Positions 1 through 9,377 of a DNA stretch of 64,000 bases are shown here, piece by piece. The notes below the pieces were generated by a model. It made no database searches, was not told the origin of the DNA, and worked only from the letters and a program-made list of their open reading frames with translations. The translations under genes were made by a program, and so were the position numbers. Every line of letters starts with the position of its first letter. The stretch's first letter is position 1. The stretch spans positions 192,001-256,000 of the forward strand of contig CAWCMR010000005.1 in NCBI GenBank assembly GCA_963796685.1. Direction: 5' to 3'. The DNA is from an uncultured delta proteobacterium (GTDB taxonomy: Bacteria > Myxococcota_A > Polyangia > Fen-1088).

Positions 1-9
1 GCACCCGCC

Positions 10-870
10 TTGTTCGCCCAGGAAAGCTCCCCCATGCCCGCGCCCGAGGCGGCCGGCCCGGCACCAGAAGCCACGGCGCCCGCCGAGCCCGGCGTCACGC
101 CGGCCACGGATGAGACCCCGGCCGCCGCCAGCGTGGCGGTGCCCGCCACCGCCGCGGTCAACGAGGCGAAGTATGGCCTTGCATTCCGCTTTCGCTGGAT
201 CTCGGTCCCAAGCTGGTTCCTAGGACTGTTCACGCAGAAGAACGTGCCGCTTTCAACCTACGGTTTCGCCCTGGAGGGCTTTCGCCGCAAGCACGACCGG
301 GACGACCCCAACCGCACCTGGGAGCTTTCCGTGGCCATCGGCTATCAAAACATGAGCCCACCCGATGGCTACTGGCTCGGCAAGGGCAAGCAGCCCATCT
401 ACAATGGAGACCCCAAGCAGGGGGACACGGACCTGGTCCAGTTCCGGAATTTCTCGCTCATCACCATGGACGCCGCGTTCATCTCTCGCCAGTACTTCAG
501 TCCCTACTTCGGTATCCACTACGGCGCCGGTTTGGGCCTGGCTGTCGTGCGGGGCAAGATCCTGCGCACGTCGGCAACCTACAACCAGGCAACGGGTCAA
601 TACACCGTCCAATCGGGCGGAAACCAGCTCTGCGACCCCTCTGCGAAATGCAATGAAGCCGCACTCGCCGCAACCTCGACTGGCCCCGACAACGGACCCG
701 GCGATCCGCACCGCTTCCAGGAGACCTCCGTCCCCGGTGCCATCCCCATCATCAACCTGCTCTTCGGGCTCGACTTTCCCATCCCCGATGCCAAAGGGCT
801 CGAGTTCCGCGTCGAGGGCGGCTTCTACGACGCCTTCTTCCTCGGCGGCACGGCTGGCTACGTCTTCTAG
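10..870 (+). CDS. Hypothetical exported protein, probable outer-membrane beta-barrel; true start may lie upstream of the window
   Basis: Pro/Ala-rich N-terminal linker, amphipathic beta-strand pattern, C-terminal aromatic signature GYVF, GC3-rich codons. Confidence 0.6.
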   Translation: MFAQESSPMPAPEAAGPAPEATAPAEPGVTPATDETPAAASVAVPATAAVNEAKYGLAFRFRWISVPSWFLGLFTQKNVPLSTYGFALEGFRRKHDRDDPNRTWELSVAIGYQNMSPPDGYWLGKGKQPIYNGDPKQGDTDLVQFRNFSLITMDAAFISRQYFSPYFGIHYGAGLGLAVVRGKILRTSATYNQATGQYTVQSGGNQLCDPSAKCNEAALAATSTGPDNGPGDPHRFQETSVPGAIPIINLLFGLDFPIPDAKGLEFRVEGGFYDAFFLGGTAGYVF

Positions 871-2730
871 TTTTTCGCTTTGGCCGTCGGCGCCTGGCGC
901 ACCACCGGGCGCACGACCACGTGGCTGGTTCCCCGCAGCACCTCGATCGCTATCGGCACATCCACCGCGGACGAAGCGATGAAGGGACGCAGCTCTTGCG
1001 CATGGGACAGGGGGCGGCCGGGCGGCCCGAGCACGATGTCGCCTGCGCGAAGACCGGCCTCCGCCGCCGGAGAGCGGGGGAACACCGAGGTGATTCTGCG
1101 CGGCACCGTCGGAAAGGCGCAGACTCTTGCGCCGGCCGTAGCTGATGGGAACGAAGGCGATACCCAGCCAACCCGGCCGGACCGCGGCCGCGCGCCGCCG
1201 ATCCTCGTCGAGCGACGGTAGCCTCGGCGCTTCCGGCGCCTCTGCCATGCGCGGCGGGGCCGGAACCGGCAGGGCCAGATCCTCGCACTGGTCCAGGGCC
1301 TCGACGGCCTGCGCCTGGCGCGGGTCCTTCTTGCTCCACAGGCGCCCGGCCACCGAGGTCAGGACGAAACGCATGCGCAGAAGGGCTGCCACGCGGATCT
1401 CGCCGCGGTAGCTGACCTCGTCGGTGGTCGTCATTCCGTCGACCAACCGGTTGGCCTCGGCCAGGCGCAAGGGATCGGACATCACGAATGGCTCGAGGGC
1501 GGCCAGCAGCTCCCGCGCGAGATCGCGCCGGGCCGCGGTGTCGAGCCCGCGCACGGCCCGATCCGCGAGACGCGCTCGCCAGCGCGGATGGGCGGTCAGG
1601 AAGGCGTCCAGGTTGGCCTGATTGAAATCGCCGAGCGCGCGCTCCCAGGTCTTGCCGTCGAGATCGAGCTGGTCGAGAAAGGCAAACAGGGTATGCGCGC
1701 GCCCGTCCAGCTCGGCCAACGAGAGGGGGCGAGCAAGGGCGTAGACCGCGGCGATGCGATCGAGCAGGCGGCTTTCCTCGGAAGACTCGCCGCTGGCGAA
1801 GGCCCGACGAATCAAGGGATCGGCGAAGGCGCCCTCGCGCTCGGGCGCCCCGGCAGCGTTGGCGACGAGCTCGGCCAGGTACACATCCGAGCTGCGCAGG
1901 GGAATGTCCGGTGTCTCGTCGCTGACCAGGATATCGGCTTGGGCGGCCAAAAAGCGCCCGCGGCGGGCAAGGGCCGACAGAAACTCGAAGGAATGCCCGA
2001 TGGCCTTCTGGCCGCGCACCTCGGGATAGCACCCGTAGGCGGGGCGATCCGGGGTGGACGAAAAGTACCCGCAGGTCTTTCCGCTCGGCAGGCGCTTGTG
2101 CTCGCGCGTCTCGTGCAGATAGGCGAACCCGCCGGAAAAGCACTGGGACATGAGCGACAGCACGCGCACCGAGGGGGGCAGCCGTGCGAGCAAGGCGCCG
2201 AGCTTGCGCACCGAGATCGATTCATGCGGCCCCCATAGCGTGATGCGGTTGTCGAGGGGATCGCGCAAGCTCTGGGTTCCGTGGTCGGTCACGTAGAGGA
2301 GAAGGGTGTCGCCGGGGCGCAGGCGCCCGCCCAGCTCGCCGAGCGTGCGCGACAGGCTGGCCAGCGTCGCCGGGCGCAGATCGATGCCGGGCAAGGACGA
2401 GTTCTCGTACGTGGTGAGATCGCGCAGCAGGGTGTCCACCCGCGTGCCTTGCAAGAGCCAGCTGTTCTCGGGCTCGGGCTCGCGCGTGGCCAGATCGGGC
2501 GCCGGGTTGCTTCCGTCGCTGGCCAGCACGGCGATGTGGTCGCGAGGAATGCCGGAGGCGGCCAGCAGTTGGGTAAGCTGGCGCAGATGCGCCAGGTGCG
2601 AGGCGAAGTTGTCCTGCTTGTCGCCACCGCCATTGATGGCCAGGACGTAAAGCCCTCCCTTCTCCGCCGCCCGTGCCGCGGGAGCGAGCGTCGACAAGAC
2701 CGCCGCAAGGACCATGGAGGCGCGCGACAT
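867..2730 (-). pseudogene. Secreted clan-CD (C13/caspase-like) cysteine peptidase with C-terminal PDZ domain, split by a 1-bp frameshift near 1094
   Basis: Signal peptide MSRASMVLAAVLSTLAPAARA; His/Cys dyad motifs YVTDHG and MSQCFSGG; the PDZ begins GWLGIAF and continues in ORF 867..1106 as ITSVFPRSPAAEAGLRAGDIVL; the minus strand reads CAG-A-ATC-ACC (one extra A). Could be a sequencing error. Confidence 0.7.
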
Positions 2731-2797
2731 GGGGCAAACATGCCCGAAATCCGCCCCGATGGCACTAGCCGAAGTGGGACCAGAACCCGCAATCCCG

Positions 2798-2980
2798 CGA
2801 CAAGAAGAGTGACAGCGCGGAAGGTACCAGAAAGAGACACCTTTCCACGACAGATGCACGCACCCAATCGGAGCGATGACGGGTGGTCGTAGACGTAGAC
2901 GGCTTACCGTGGCCGTGGCCGTGGCCGTGGCCGACGGCAATTACAACCGACCACGGCCGACCTTCTGCGGCTATCGCGGG
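2798..2980 (-). repeat. Dispersed intergenic repeat (GGCCGT/GGTCGT family plus a ~100-bp conserved tail), homologous to 15787-16004
   Basis: Reverse complement shares CCCGTCATCGCTCCGATTGGGTGCGTGCATC.GTCGTGGAAAGGTGTCTCTTTCTGGTACCTTCCGCGC with 15.9 kb; begins GCGATAGCCGCAGAAGGTCG. Confidence 0.85.
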
Positions 2981-3041
2981 ATTATGGACGGTCGTTGGGC
3001 CTTGGCGTTCGCTGTAGGTCAGGTAGAGACTGCTGCTTACC

Positions 3042-4991
3042 GTGTCCGCCGTCGAGTTGCTCGCCCCCGCCAAGGATCTGGAAACCGGCATCGCTGCCAT
3101 CAACTGCGGTGCCGACGCGGTGTACGTGGGTGCCGCGCGCTTCGGGGCGCGCGAGGCGGCGGCGAATGCGTTGTCCGACATCGAAGAGCTGGCCAGGTAC
3201 GCGCATCGCTATTGGGGCAAGGTCTACGCCGCGGTCAACACCATCTTGCGCGACGACGAGATCGAAGCGGCCGTCGGGCTCTGCCGCGACCTGCACCGCG
3301 CCGGCGTGGACGGGCTGATCATCCAAGACGTCGGCCTCCTCGAGTGCGACCTGCCGCCGCTACCGCTCATCGCCAGCACGCAGATGCACAACCACACGCC
3401 CGAGCGCGTGCGCTTCTTGGAGAAGGTCGGTTTCGCGCGCACCATCCTGGCCCGCGAGCTCGATCTCGATCGAATCCGCGAGATCCGCGCCACCACCGCC
3501 ATCGAGCTCGAGGTGTTCATCCACGGCGCCTTGTGCGTGTGCATGAGCGGCCAGTGCACGCTCAGCTACGCCATGGGCGGCCGCAGCGGCAACCGCGGCC
3601 AGTGCGCGCAACCCTGCCGGCGCGGGTATTCGCTGGTGGACGCGCGAGGGAAAACCATCGTCGCGGACCGCCACCTGCTTTCACTGCGCGATCTCAATCT
3701 GACCCCGCACCTGGGCGAGCTGCTGGGCGCCGGGGTGTCGTCGTTCAAGATCGAGGGGCGGCTCAAGAACAAGGCCTACGTCATGAACGTCGTGGGGCAC
3801 TACCGCCAGGTGCTCGATGGCCTGCTGGCGGCACGAGGCGAGCGCAGGACCTCGTCGGGAACGGTGACGCTGGGATTTTCGCCCAATCCCGACAAGACCT
3901 TCAACCGCGGCTACACCCGCTATTTTCTCCATGGCCGAGGCGCCGAGGTGGCGTCGCCCGATTCGCCCAAGCACGTGGGCGAGCCCCTCGGGCGCGTAAC
4001 GGCGCTCGGGCGAGATTCCTTTACCCTGGATGCACCCGCGCCCTTGCAGAACGGCGATGGCATCACCTTCTACGACGACCATCACCAGCTCTCGGGCTCG
4101 GCCGTGAACCGCGTGCAGGGCAAGGTCGTGTTTCCGCAAAAGCTCGATGGCCTGGCCGCGGGCGCCCGCGTGTTCCGCAACCACGACCACGCCTTTGCCA
4201 AGCAGATCGCGCAGAGCCGGCCGGCGCGTACGATCGCGATCGCGCTCAGGCTCGAAGAAACACCCGATGGAATTGCCCTGGAAGCGACGGATGAAGACGG
4301 GATCCGCGCCGTCGTCGCCTTGGCTTGCGACAAGATCCCGGCCGAGAAAACCACCCGAGCCGCGGCCTATGTCGAGCAGCAACTCGCCAAGCTGGGCGAC
4401 ACCGAGTTTGGCGCCAGCAGCATCGTCCTCGCATGGCAGACGCCACTTCACCTGCCGCCAGCCCAGGTGAATTCACTGCGCCGACAACTGGCCGAAGCGC
4501 TGAGGGCGGCGCGGGCCTCGGCCCGGCCCAAGCAAGAAAGACCCTTCGTCCCAAACGCGGTGTCTTTTCCCACCACCAGCCTTTCCTACCAAGCCAACGT
4601 GCTCAACCGAAAGGCCGTCGCATTCTACCGCCGCCACGGCGTGGTCGACCTCGAGCCCGCCGCCGAAAGTGGTCTCGACCTCGCCGGCCGGGTCGTCATG
4701 ACCACGCGCTACTGCCTCAAATACGAGCTTGGGCTTTGCCCGCGGAGAAAGGATTTCACCACAGAGAGCACGGAGAGCGCAGAGGGAACGAGAGAAAAGG
4801 GGGTTCGACTCCAGACTCCGGAAATTCCTTTTCCTTCCGCCTCTGCGCGCGCTGTGCTCTCTGTGGTGAAGAATCGGATCCCCGCGCACCCCGAGCCGTG
4901 GTCTTTGGTCGACGACGAGGGCCGACGCTTGCGCTTGCGCTTCCGCTGCGCCGATCGGTATTGCGTGATGGAGGTCGCCTACCTGGGCTAG
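3042..4991 (+). CDS. rlhA: U32-family peptidase-like 23S rRNA C2501 hydroxylase (RlhA/YdcP type, with DUF3656)
   Basis: ELLAPA start, GADAVYVG, HGALCVCMSGQC...NRGQCAQPCR Fe-S motif, FKIEGR, C-terminal MTTRYCLKYELGLCP; ~650 aa. Confidence 0.85.
   Translation: MSAVELLAPAKDLETGIAAINCGADAVYVGAARFGAREAAANALSDIEELARYAHRYWGKVYAAVNTILRDDEIEAAVGLCRDLHRAGVDGLIIQDVGLLECDLPPLPLIASTQMHNHTPERVRFLEKVGFARTILARELDLDRIREIRATTAIELEVFIHGALCVCMSGQCTLSYAMGGRSGNRGQCAQPCRRGYSLVDARGKTIVADRHLLSLRDLNLTPHLGELLGAGVSSFKIEGRLKNKAYVMNVVGHYRQVLDGLLAARGERRTSSGTVTLGFSPNPDKTFNRGYTRYFLHGRGAEVASPDSPKHVGEPLGRVTALGRDSFTLDAPAPLQNGDGITFYDDHHQLSGSAVNRVQGKVVFPQKLDGLAAGARVFRNHDHAFAKQIAQSRPARTIAIALRLEETPDGIALEATDEDGIRAVVALACDKIPAEKTTRAAAYVEQQLAKLGDTEFGASSIVLAWQTPLHLPPAQVNSLRRQLAEALRAARASARPKQERPFVPNAVSFPTTSLSYQANVLNRKAVAFYRRHGVVDLEPAAESGLDLAGRVVMTTRYCLKYELGLCPRRKDFTTESTESAEGTREKGVRLQTPEIPFPSASARAVLSVVKNRIPAHPEPWSLVDDEGRRLRLRFRCADRYCVMEVAYLG
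4755..4870. repeat. Palindromic REP-like element inserted in frame in rlhA
   Basis: Perfect 17-bp inverted repeat TTCACCACAGAGAGCAC (4755-4771 / 4854-4870); translates as FTTESTESAEG...AVLSVVK. Confidence 0.85.
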
Positions 4992-5226
4992 AGCACCGAA
5001 CGGGTTGATTTTCTCGAAGAATCCGACTGCTGAGTCTCTCTCGGTGCTCTCCACGCGAAGAGCACAACGCATAGGATTTTCACCACAGAGAGCACAGAGA
5101 CCGGAAGAGAAGGGATTCGGATCTCAGATCCGGATCCTCTTCCATTCTTTCATCTCTGTGTTCTCTGCGCCCTCTGTGGTGAAAAATCCGGAAAACACTC
5201 GGTTTTCAAACCGTTCGGTGCTCTAG
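4988..5226. mobile_element. MITE-like element with CTAG-ended terminal inverted repeats, containing a second CACCACAGAG palindrome (5074-5189)
   Basis: CTAGAGCACCGAACGG (4988-5003) and CCGTTCGGTGCTCTAG (5211-5226) form a perfect 16-bp IR; the left end supplies the rlhA stop codon. Confidence 0.75.
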
Positions 5227-5229
5227 GTG

Positions 5230-6570
5230 TCAATCGCCTTTGGCTTGTCGCTCGGCTTGCCGCGCCTTCCAGCGCGCGCGGCGCTCTTTCGCCAGGCGGT
5301 GCTTCTTGCTTGCCAGCGCGATGTCGTGGGCCACCGTTTCTTGCGGCGGAATGACAAAGTCGGGACCGAGGATGGGCGCCGGGTCGAGGGCGTCGCCATC
5401 GCGATGGATTTCGAGGTGCAGGTGGGTGCCCGAAACCTTGACACCCGAATGCCCCACGTTGGCGATGATCTGGCCGGCGCGCACGCGCTCGTTGATGGCC
5501 ACGCGATAGCTCTGCAGGTGCATGTAGCACGAGAAGATGTGCGGGACGTGTCGGATACAGACAAAGAGGCCGCCCGGTCCCAGCTCGGGCCGCTTGGTGG
5601 TGGCAAGCGTATCCGGCGGCACCACCTGCGGCCGCACCCGACCGGGCAGATCGAACCCGGTGAACCACACCACGCCGTCGGCGATGCTGGCGATGGGCTC
5701 GCCCCCGGTGGCATCGATGTCGAGGCCGCGGTGGGCCCGCGCGCCGTCTTCGCGATCCTCGCCCGGCCCGCTGGGGGCCACGCGCGGGATGCCTTCCAGC
5801 GGCGAGACCACGTCGAAACCGAGCTCGGTCCTGCGCGGGATCGCCTTCTTGTCGAGGTAGCGGTCGATCAGGCGCCGCCGCGCGATGAGCGCCCGATCCT
5901 CGCCGCCCGTGCCGCGCACGACATCGCCCCACCCGAAGTGCGCGACCGCGCTGCGATGGGGAACCGAACCGGGAAAAGCGTCATCGATGGCGGGGTGCTG
6001 GTCCTGCCACATGGCCAGCATGGCTGCGCCCAAGCGCAGGTTGATCGACGAATTCTGGAGGCGTTGGAGTGCGCCGCGCGGAATGGGCCGCGTGCGCTCC
6101 TTCCAAACCTCGCCGTCCCGCACCTGGTAGCGTAGAGAATCGCCGTGCACGTTGCCCTGGATCATGCGCGCTTGAATCTGCAGAAGACCGACCCCGAAAG
6201 GCGTGACCAGAGTGGGCACGCACCGGCTCTCGCGGTAGACCAGGGCGGCCAGCAAGAACACGTCTACCTTGGCCTCGTCGGCGGCCTGAAGGATCTCGTC
6301 GGAGAGGCGGCCGAGCATGCGCGGCGAGGCCATGCCTTCGCACATGCCGGAAAACGCGGCGCGAAGCTTCGCCTCGTCGATGGGTGCAGGCGGCGAATCG
6401 GGCTCGGCGGGCCAGCGCTTGGGATCCTTGAGCTCGTGGACCCCCGGTCGCAGCAGCCCCTCCTCGGTGCGCCGCTTGCGCGCGGGCCACGGAGGTTTCG
6501 CTTCGCCGGCCGACACGTCCAGCGCAAGAATGGAAATCACGAACCAAAGCAGAGCCCCAAGGCGCGCCAC
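5230..6570 (-). CDS. Secreted lytic transglycosylase (SLT-like) plus M23 metallopeptidase
   Basis: Signal peptide; LVYRES...GLLQI SLT motif; M23 motifs HRGLD, YMHL, HLHLE. Confidence 0.85.
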   Translation of the reverse strand: MARLGALLWFVISILALDVSAGEAKPPWPARKRRTEEGLLRPGVHELKDPKRWPAEPDSPPAPIDEAKLRAAFSGMCEGMASPRMLGRLSDEILQAADEAKVDVFLLAALVYRESRCVPTLVTPFGVGLLQIQARMIQGNVHGDSLRYQVRDGEVWKERTRPIPRGALQRLQNSSINLRLGAAMLAMWQDQHPAIDDAFPGSVPHRSAVAHFGWGDVVRGTGGEDRALIARRRLIDRYLDKKAIPRRTELGFDVVSPLEGIPRVAPSGPGEDREDGARAHRGLDIDATGGEPIASIADGVVWFTGFDLPGRVRPQVVPPDTLATTKRPELGPGGLFVCIRHVPHIFSCYMHLQSYRVAINERVRAGQIIANVGHSGVKVSGTHLHLEIHRDGDALDPAPILGPDFVIPPQETVAHDIALASKKHRLAKERRARWKARQAERQAKGD

Positions 6571-6691
6571 GTCCCCAGTGTGCCTGACCGTCGAGGGATT
6601 TGCCTACTTCCACGGTGGGCCGCTCGGTGGGCCGCATTGTCGACTGGTTGACTCCGCTTTTCGCCATTCGTCGCAACCCTCGAATTACGCC

Positions 6692-6720
6692 TTGACACGC
6701 GACAATTCACATAGTACGTT
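6692..6720 (+). promoter_or_regulatory. Candidate sigma70 promoter of cysK
   Basis: TTGACA-N17-TACGTT in an AT-rich patch upstream of the ATG at 6749. Confidence 0.5.
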
Positions 6721-6748
6721 TATCCTATCGTTTTTATAGGAATTCATC

Positions 6749-7696
6749 ATGCTCTACAACGACAATTCCCTGTCCATCGGTGGAACTCCTCTCATCAAGC
6801 TCGGGCGCATCGCCGCCGGAGCCAAGGCAACCGTCCTGGCCAAGATCGAAGGGCGCAACCCGGCCTACTCGGTCAAGTGCCGCATCGGCGCGTCCATGAT
6901 TCAGGACGCGGAATCGCGCGGCGTGCTGCGCCCCGGAATCGAGGTCGTGGAACCGACCAGCGGCAACACGGGCATCGCGCTCGCGTTCGTATGCGCTGCC
7001 CGCGGCTACAAGCTGACGCTGACCATGCCGGAGACCATGAGCATGGAGCGCCGTCGGGTGCTGGCCGCGTTCGGCGCCAACCTGGTGCTCACCCCAGGCC
7101 CAGAAGGCATGCCCGGTGCCATCCGGCGTGCGGAAGCTCTGGCCGCCAGCGAACCCGATCACTACTTCCTGCCCCAGCAATTCAAGAACCCGGCCAACCC
7201 GCGCATCCACGAGCAGACTACCGGGCCGGAGATCTGGAACGACACCAGCGGCAAGGTCGACGTGCTGGTTTCAGGCGTGGGCACGGGCGGCACCATCACG
7301 GGGATTTCACGCTACTTCGAGAAGGTGAAGAAGCAGCCGCTGCTGTCGGTCGCGGTCGAGCCGGTCAAGAGCCCGGTCATCACCCAGCAGCTCAAGGGAG
7401 AGCCGCTCAAGCCCGGGCCCCACAAAATTCAAGGTCTGGGCGCCGGGTTCATTCCCGAGACCCTGGACCTTTCCATCGTGGATCGGGTGGAACTGGTCAC
7501 CGACGAGGAGTCCATCGAGACCGCGCGCCGGTTGGCTCGCGAGGAAGGCATCATCTCGGGAATCTCGTGCGGTGCCGCTGCGGTCGCGGCGATCCGGCTG
7601 GCCAAGCTCGACGAGTTTGCCGGCAAGACGATCGTCGTCATCCTGCCCGACTCGGGCGAGCGTTACCTTTCGACCATCTTGTTCGAAGGTATCTAG
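6749..7696 (+). CDS. cysK: Cysteine synthase A
   Basis: [17 protein letters not shown] (PLP lysine), [35 protein letters not shown]. Confidence 0.95.
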   Translation: MLYNDNSLSIGGTPLIKLGRIAAGAKATVLAKIEGRNPAYSVKCRIGASMIQDAESRGVLRPGIEVVEPTSGNTGIALAFVCAARGYKLTLTMPETMSMERRRVLAAFGANLVLTPGPEGMPGAIRRAEALAASEPDHYFLPQQFKNPANPRIHEQTTGPEIWNDTSGKVDVLVSGVGTGGTITGISRYFEKVKKQPLLSVAVEPVKSPVITQQLKGEPLKPGPHKIQGLGAGFIPETLDLSIVDRVELVTDEESIETARRLAREEGIISGISCGAAAVAAIRLAKLDEFAGKTIVVILPDSGERYLSTILFEGI

Positions 7697-7929
7697 GCCC
7701 TTCATAGGCCCACTCCAAAGAAGGTGAGACAAGTTCTCGCTACACTTCGGCGAGGCCCAAATTGCGATGTCGCTTAGCATCCGGCCGACAAGCCGGGCCG
7801 AGGGCAAGGAGGGCCGAGAACCGGACCGGAATGTACTGATGTACTTGAGGACCGGAAGCGCAGGCCCGACGCCGCCATCGGCCCGGATCGTCGGCCGTCG
7901 TCGCCTCGACGAGTTGAGGCATCACTTCG

Positions 7930-9153
7930 CTAGGACTCGGACGCGAGCTGGACGCAGACCGCGACCACCTCCATGGCCTTCTTGACCTGGTCGAGCGGTG
8001 GTCGCGTGGGCGAGATGCGGATGTTGCGGTCGTTCGGATCCTTGCCGAAGGGATAGGTGGCGCCCGCGGGCGTGAGCGCGACGCCTGCCTGCTTGGCCAA
8101 TTGCACGACCTTGCTCGCCACCGGCTTCTCGGTGTCCAGGCTGACGAAGTAGCCGCCCTTGGGTTTCGTCCAGCACGCCAATCCCTTGCCGCCCAGCTCC
8201 CTCGACAGGACGTCCTCGACCGCCGCGAACTTGGGCGCGAGCAGCTTGGCGTGCGCCTTCATCACGCCGGCGATGCCGCCGGGATAGCGGCCGAGGAAGA
8301 GCACGTGCCGGTACTGCTCGACCTTGTTGGGGGTGATCATCTGCGTGGCCATCAGCCCGCCGATCCACGCGATGGTTTCCTTGCTGCCGGCAAGGAAGCT
8401 GACGCCTGCGCCGGCGAAGGTGATCTTCGAGGTCGAGCCGAACAGGATCACGCGCGTCAGGTTGCCGGCTTTCTTGGCGGCCCCGAGCAGATCCGGGTGC
8501 GCGGGTGGCGAATCGTCGAGGTGGTGCACGGCATAGGCGTCGTCGGCGAAGATGGTGAAGTCGGGCGCCGCGGTCTTCATGGCGCCCAGGCGATCGGCCA
8601 CCGCCTGCGAGGTGGTGTCGCCGGTTGGGTTGCTGTAGGTCGGGACGTAGAGCAGGCCCTTGATGCTGGCGTCGGAGGCCACCAGCTTCTCGATGGCCGC
8701 GAGGTCCGGCCCGTCCGCGTTCATGCCCACGGTGACCATGGAGATGCCCAGCCGCTCCAGCATCAGGAAGTGCCGGTCGTACCCGGGCACGGTCACGATG
8801 AACTTCACATCGCCCTTGCACCAGGGCGCCGGGCTGCGCGGCACGCCCCTCAGCATGGCCCACATGAGCACGTTGCCTTCCAGGGCCAGGCTGGCGTTGT
8901 TGCCCACGATGACTTCGTCGGGCTCCACACCCAGCATGGGCGCGAAGAGCTCGCGGGCCTCCTTGATGCCGGCGATGCCGCCGGGGTAGTTGCGCAGGGC
9001 CACGCCACTCGGCGTGACCAGCGATTTGTCGTCCACGATGGTCAGCATGGGGTTCGAGATATCGAAGTCGTCGTCCCCCGGCTGCCCGCGGGTCAGATCG
9101 AGCTTGAGACCGAGGGCGCGCAGGGAATCGTAGCGTTCGCGTGTTGTGCTCAT
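7930..9153 (-). CDS. PLP-dependent class I/II aminotransferase (actinobacterial-type aspartate aminotransferase family)
   Basis: LDLTRGQP, VPGYDRHF, YSNPTG, DDAY, GSTSKITFAG, PKGGYF, GATYP motifs. Confidence 0.85.
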   Translation of the reverse strand: MSTTRERYDSLRALGLKLDLTRGQPGDDDFDISNPMLTIVDDKSLVTPSGVALRNYPGGIAGIKEARELFAPMLGVEPDEVIVGNNASLALEGNVLMWAMLRGVPRSPAPWCKGDVKFIVTVPGYDRHFLMLERLGISMVTVGMNADGPDLAAIEKLVASDASIKGLLYVPTYSNPTGDTTSQAVADRLGAMKTAAPDFTIFADDAYAVHHLDDSPPAHPDLLGAAKKAGNLTRVILFGSTSKITFAGAGVSFLAGSKETIAWIGGLMATQMITPNKVEQYRHVLFLGRYPGGIAGVMKAHAKLLAPKFAAVEDVLSRELGGKGLACWTKPKGGYFVSLDTEKPVASKVVQLAKQAGVALTPAGATYPFGKDPNDRNIRISPTRPPLDQVKKAMEVVAVCVQLASES

Positions 9154-9377
9154 GGCTGACTTCATCTGCCCCATCGCGCGGGAAAAATCCAGCACAGTCG
9201 CACAGCCGTTCCGCCTCGCTGCGCTCGGCGACCTCTCCCCGCTACGCGGGGCGAGGTGGTTTCGGATAAGACCACATGTCCTTGAACCGCGCGGTGAGCC
9301 CGCGTAGCATGCACGCTGCTCGGTAACGCGTGTGCTCCGCCGCCCTCCAAGGGCCTGGCGTACATGTGGAGACTACG

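Noticed and set aside
253-1090. C-terminal part of the 895-aa ORF
   Set aside because: Read-through caused by the frameshift; it is antisense to gene 10..870
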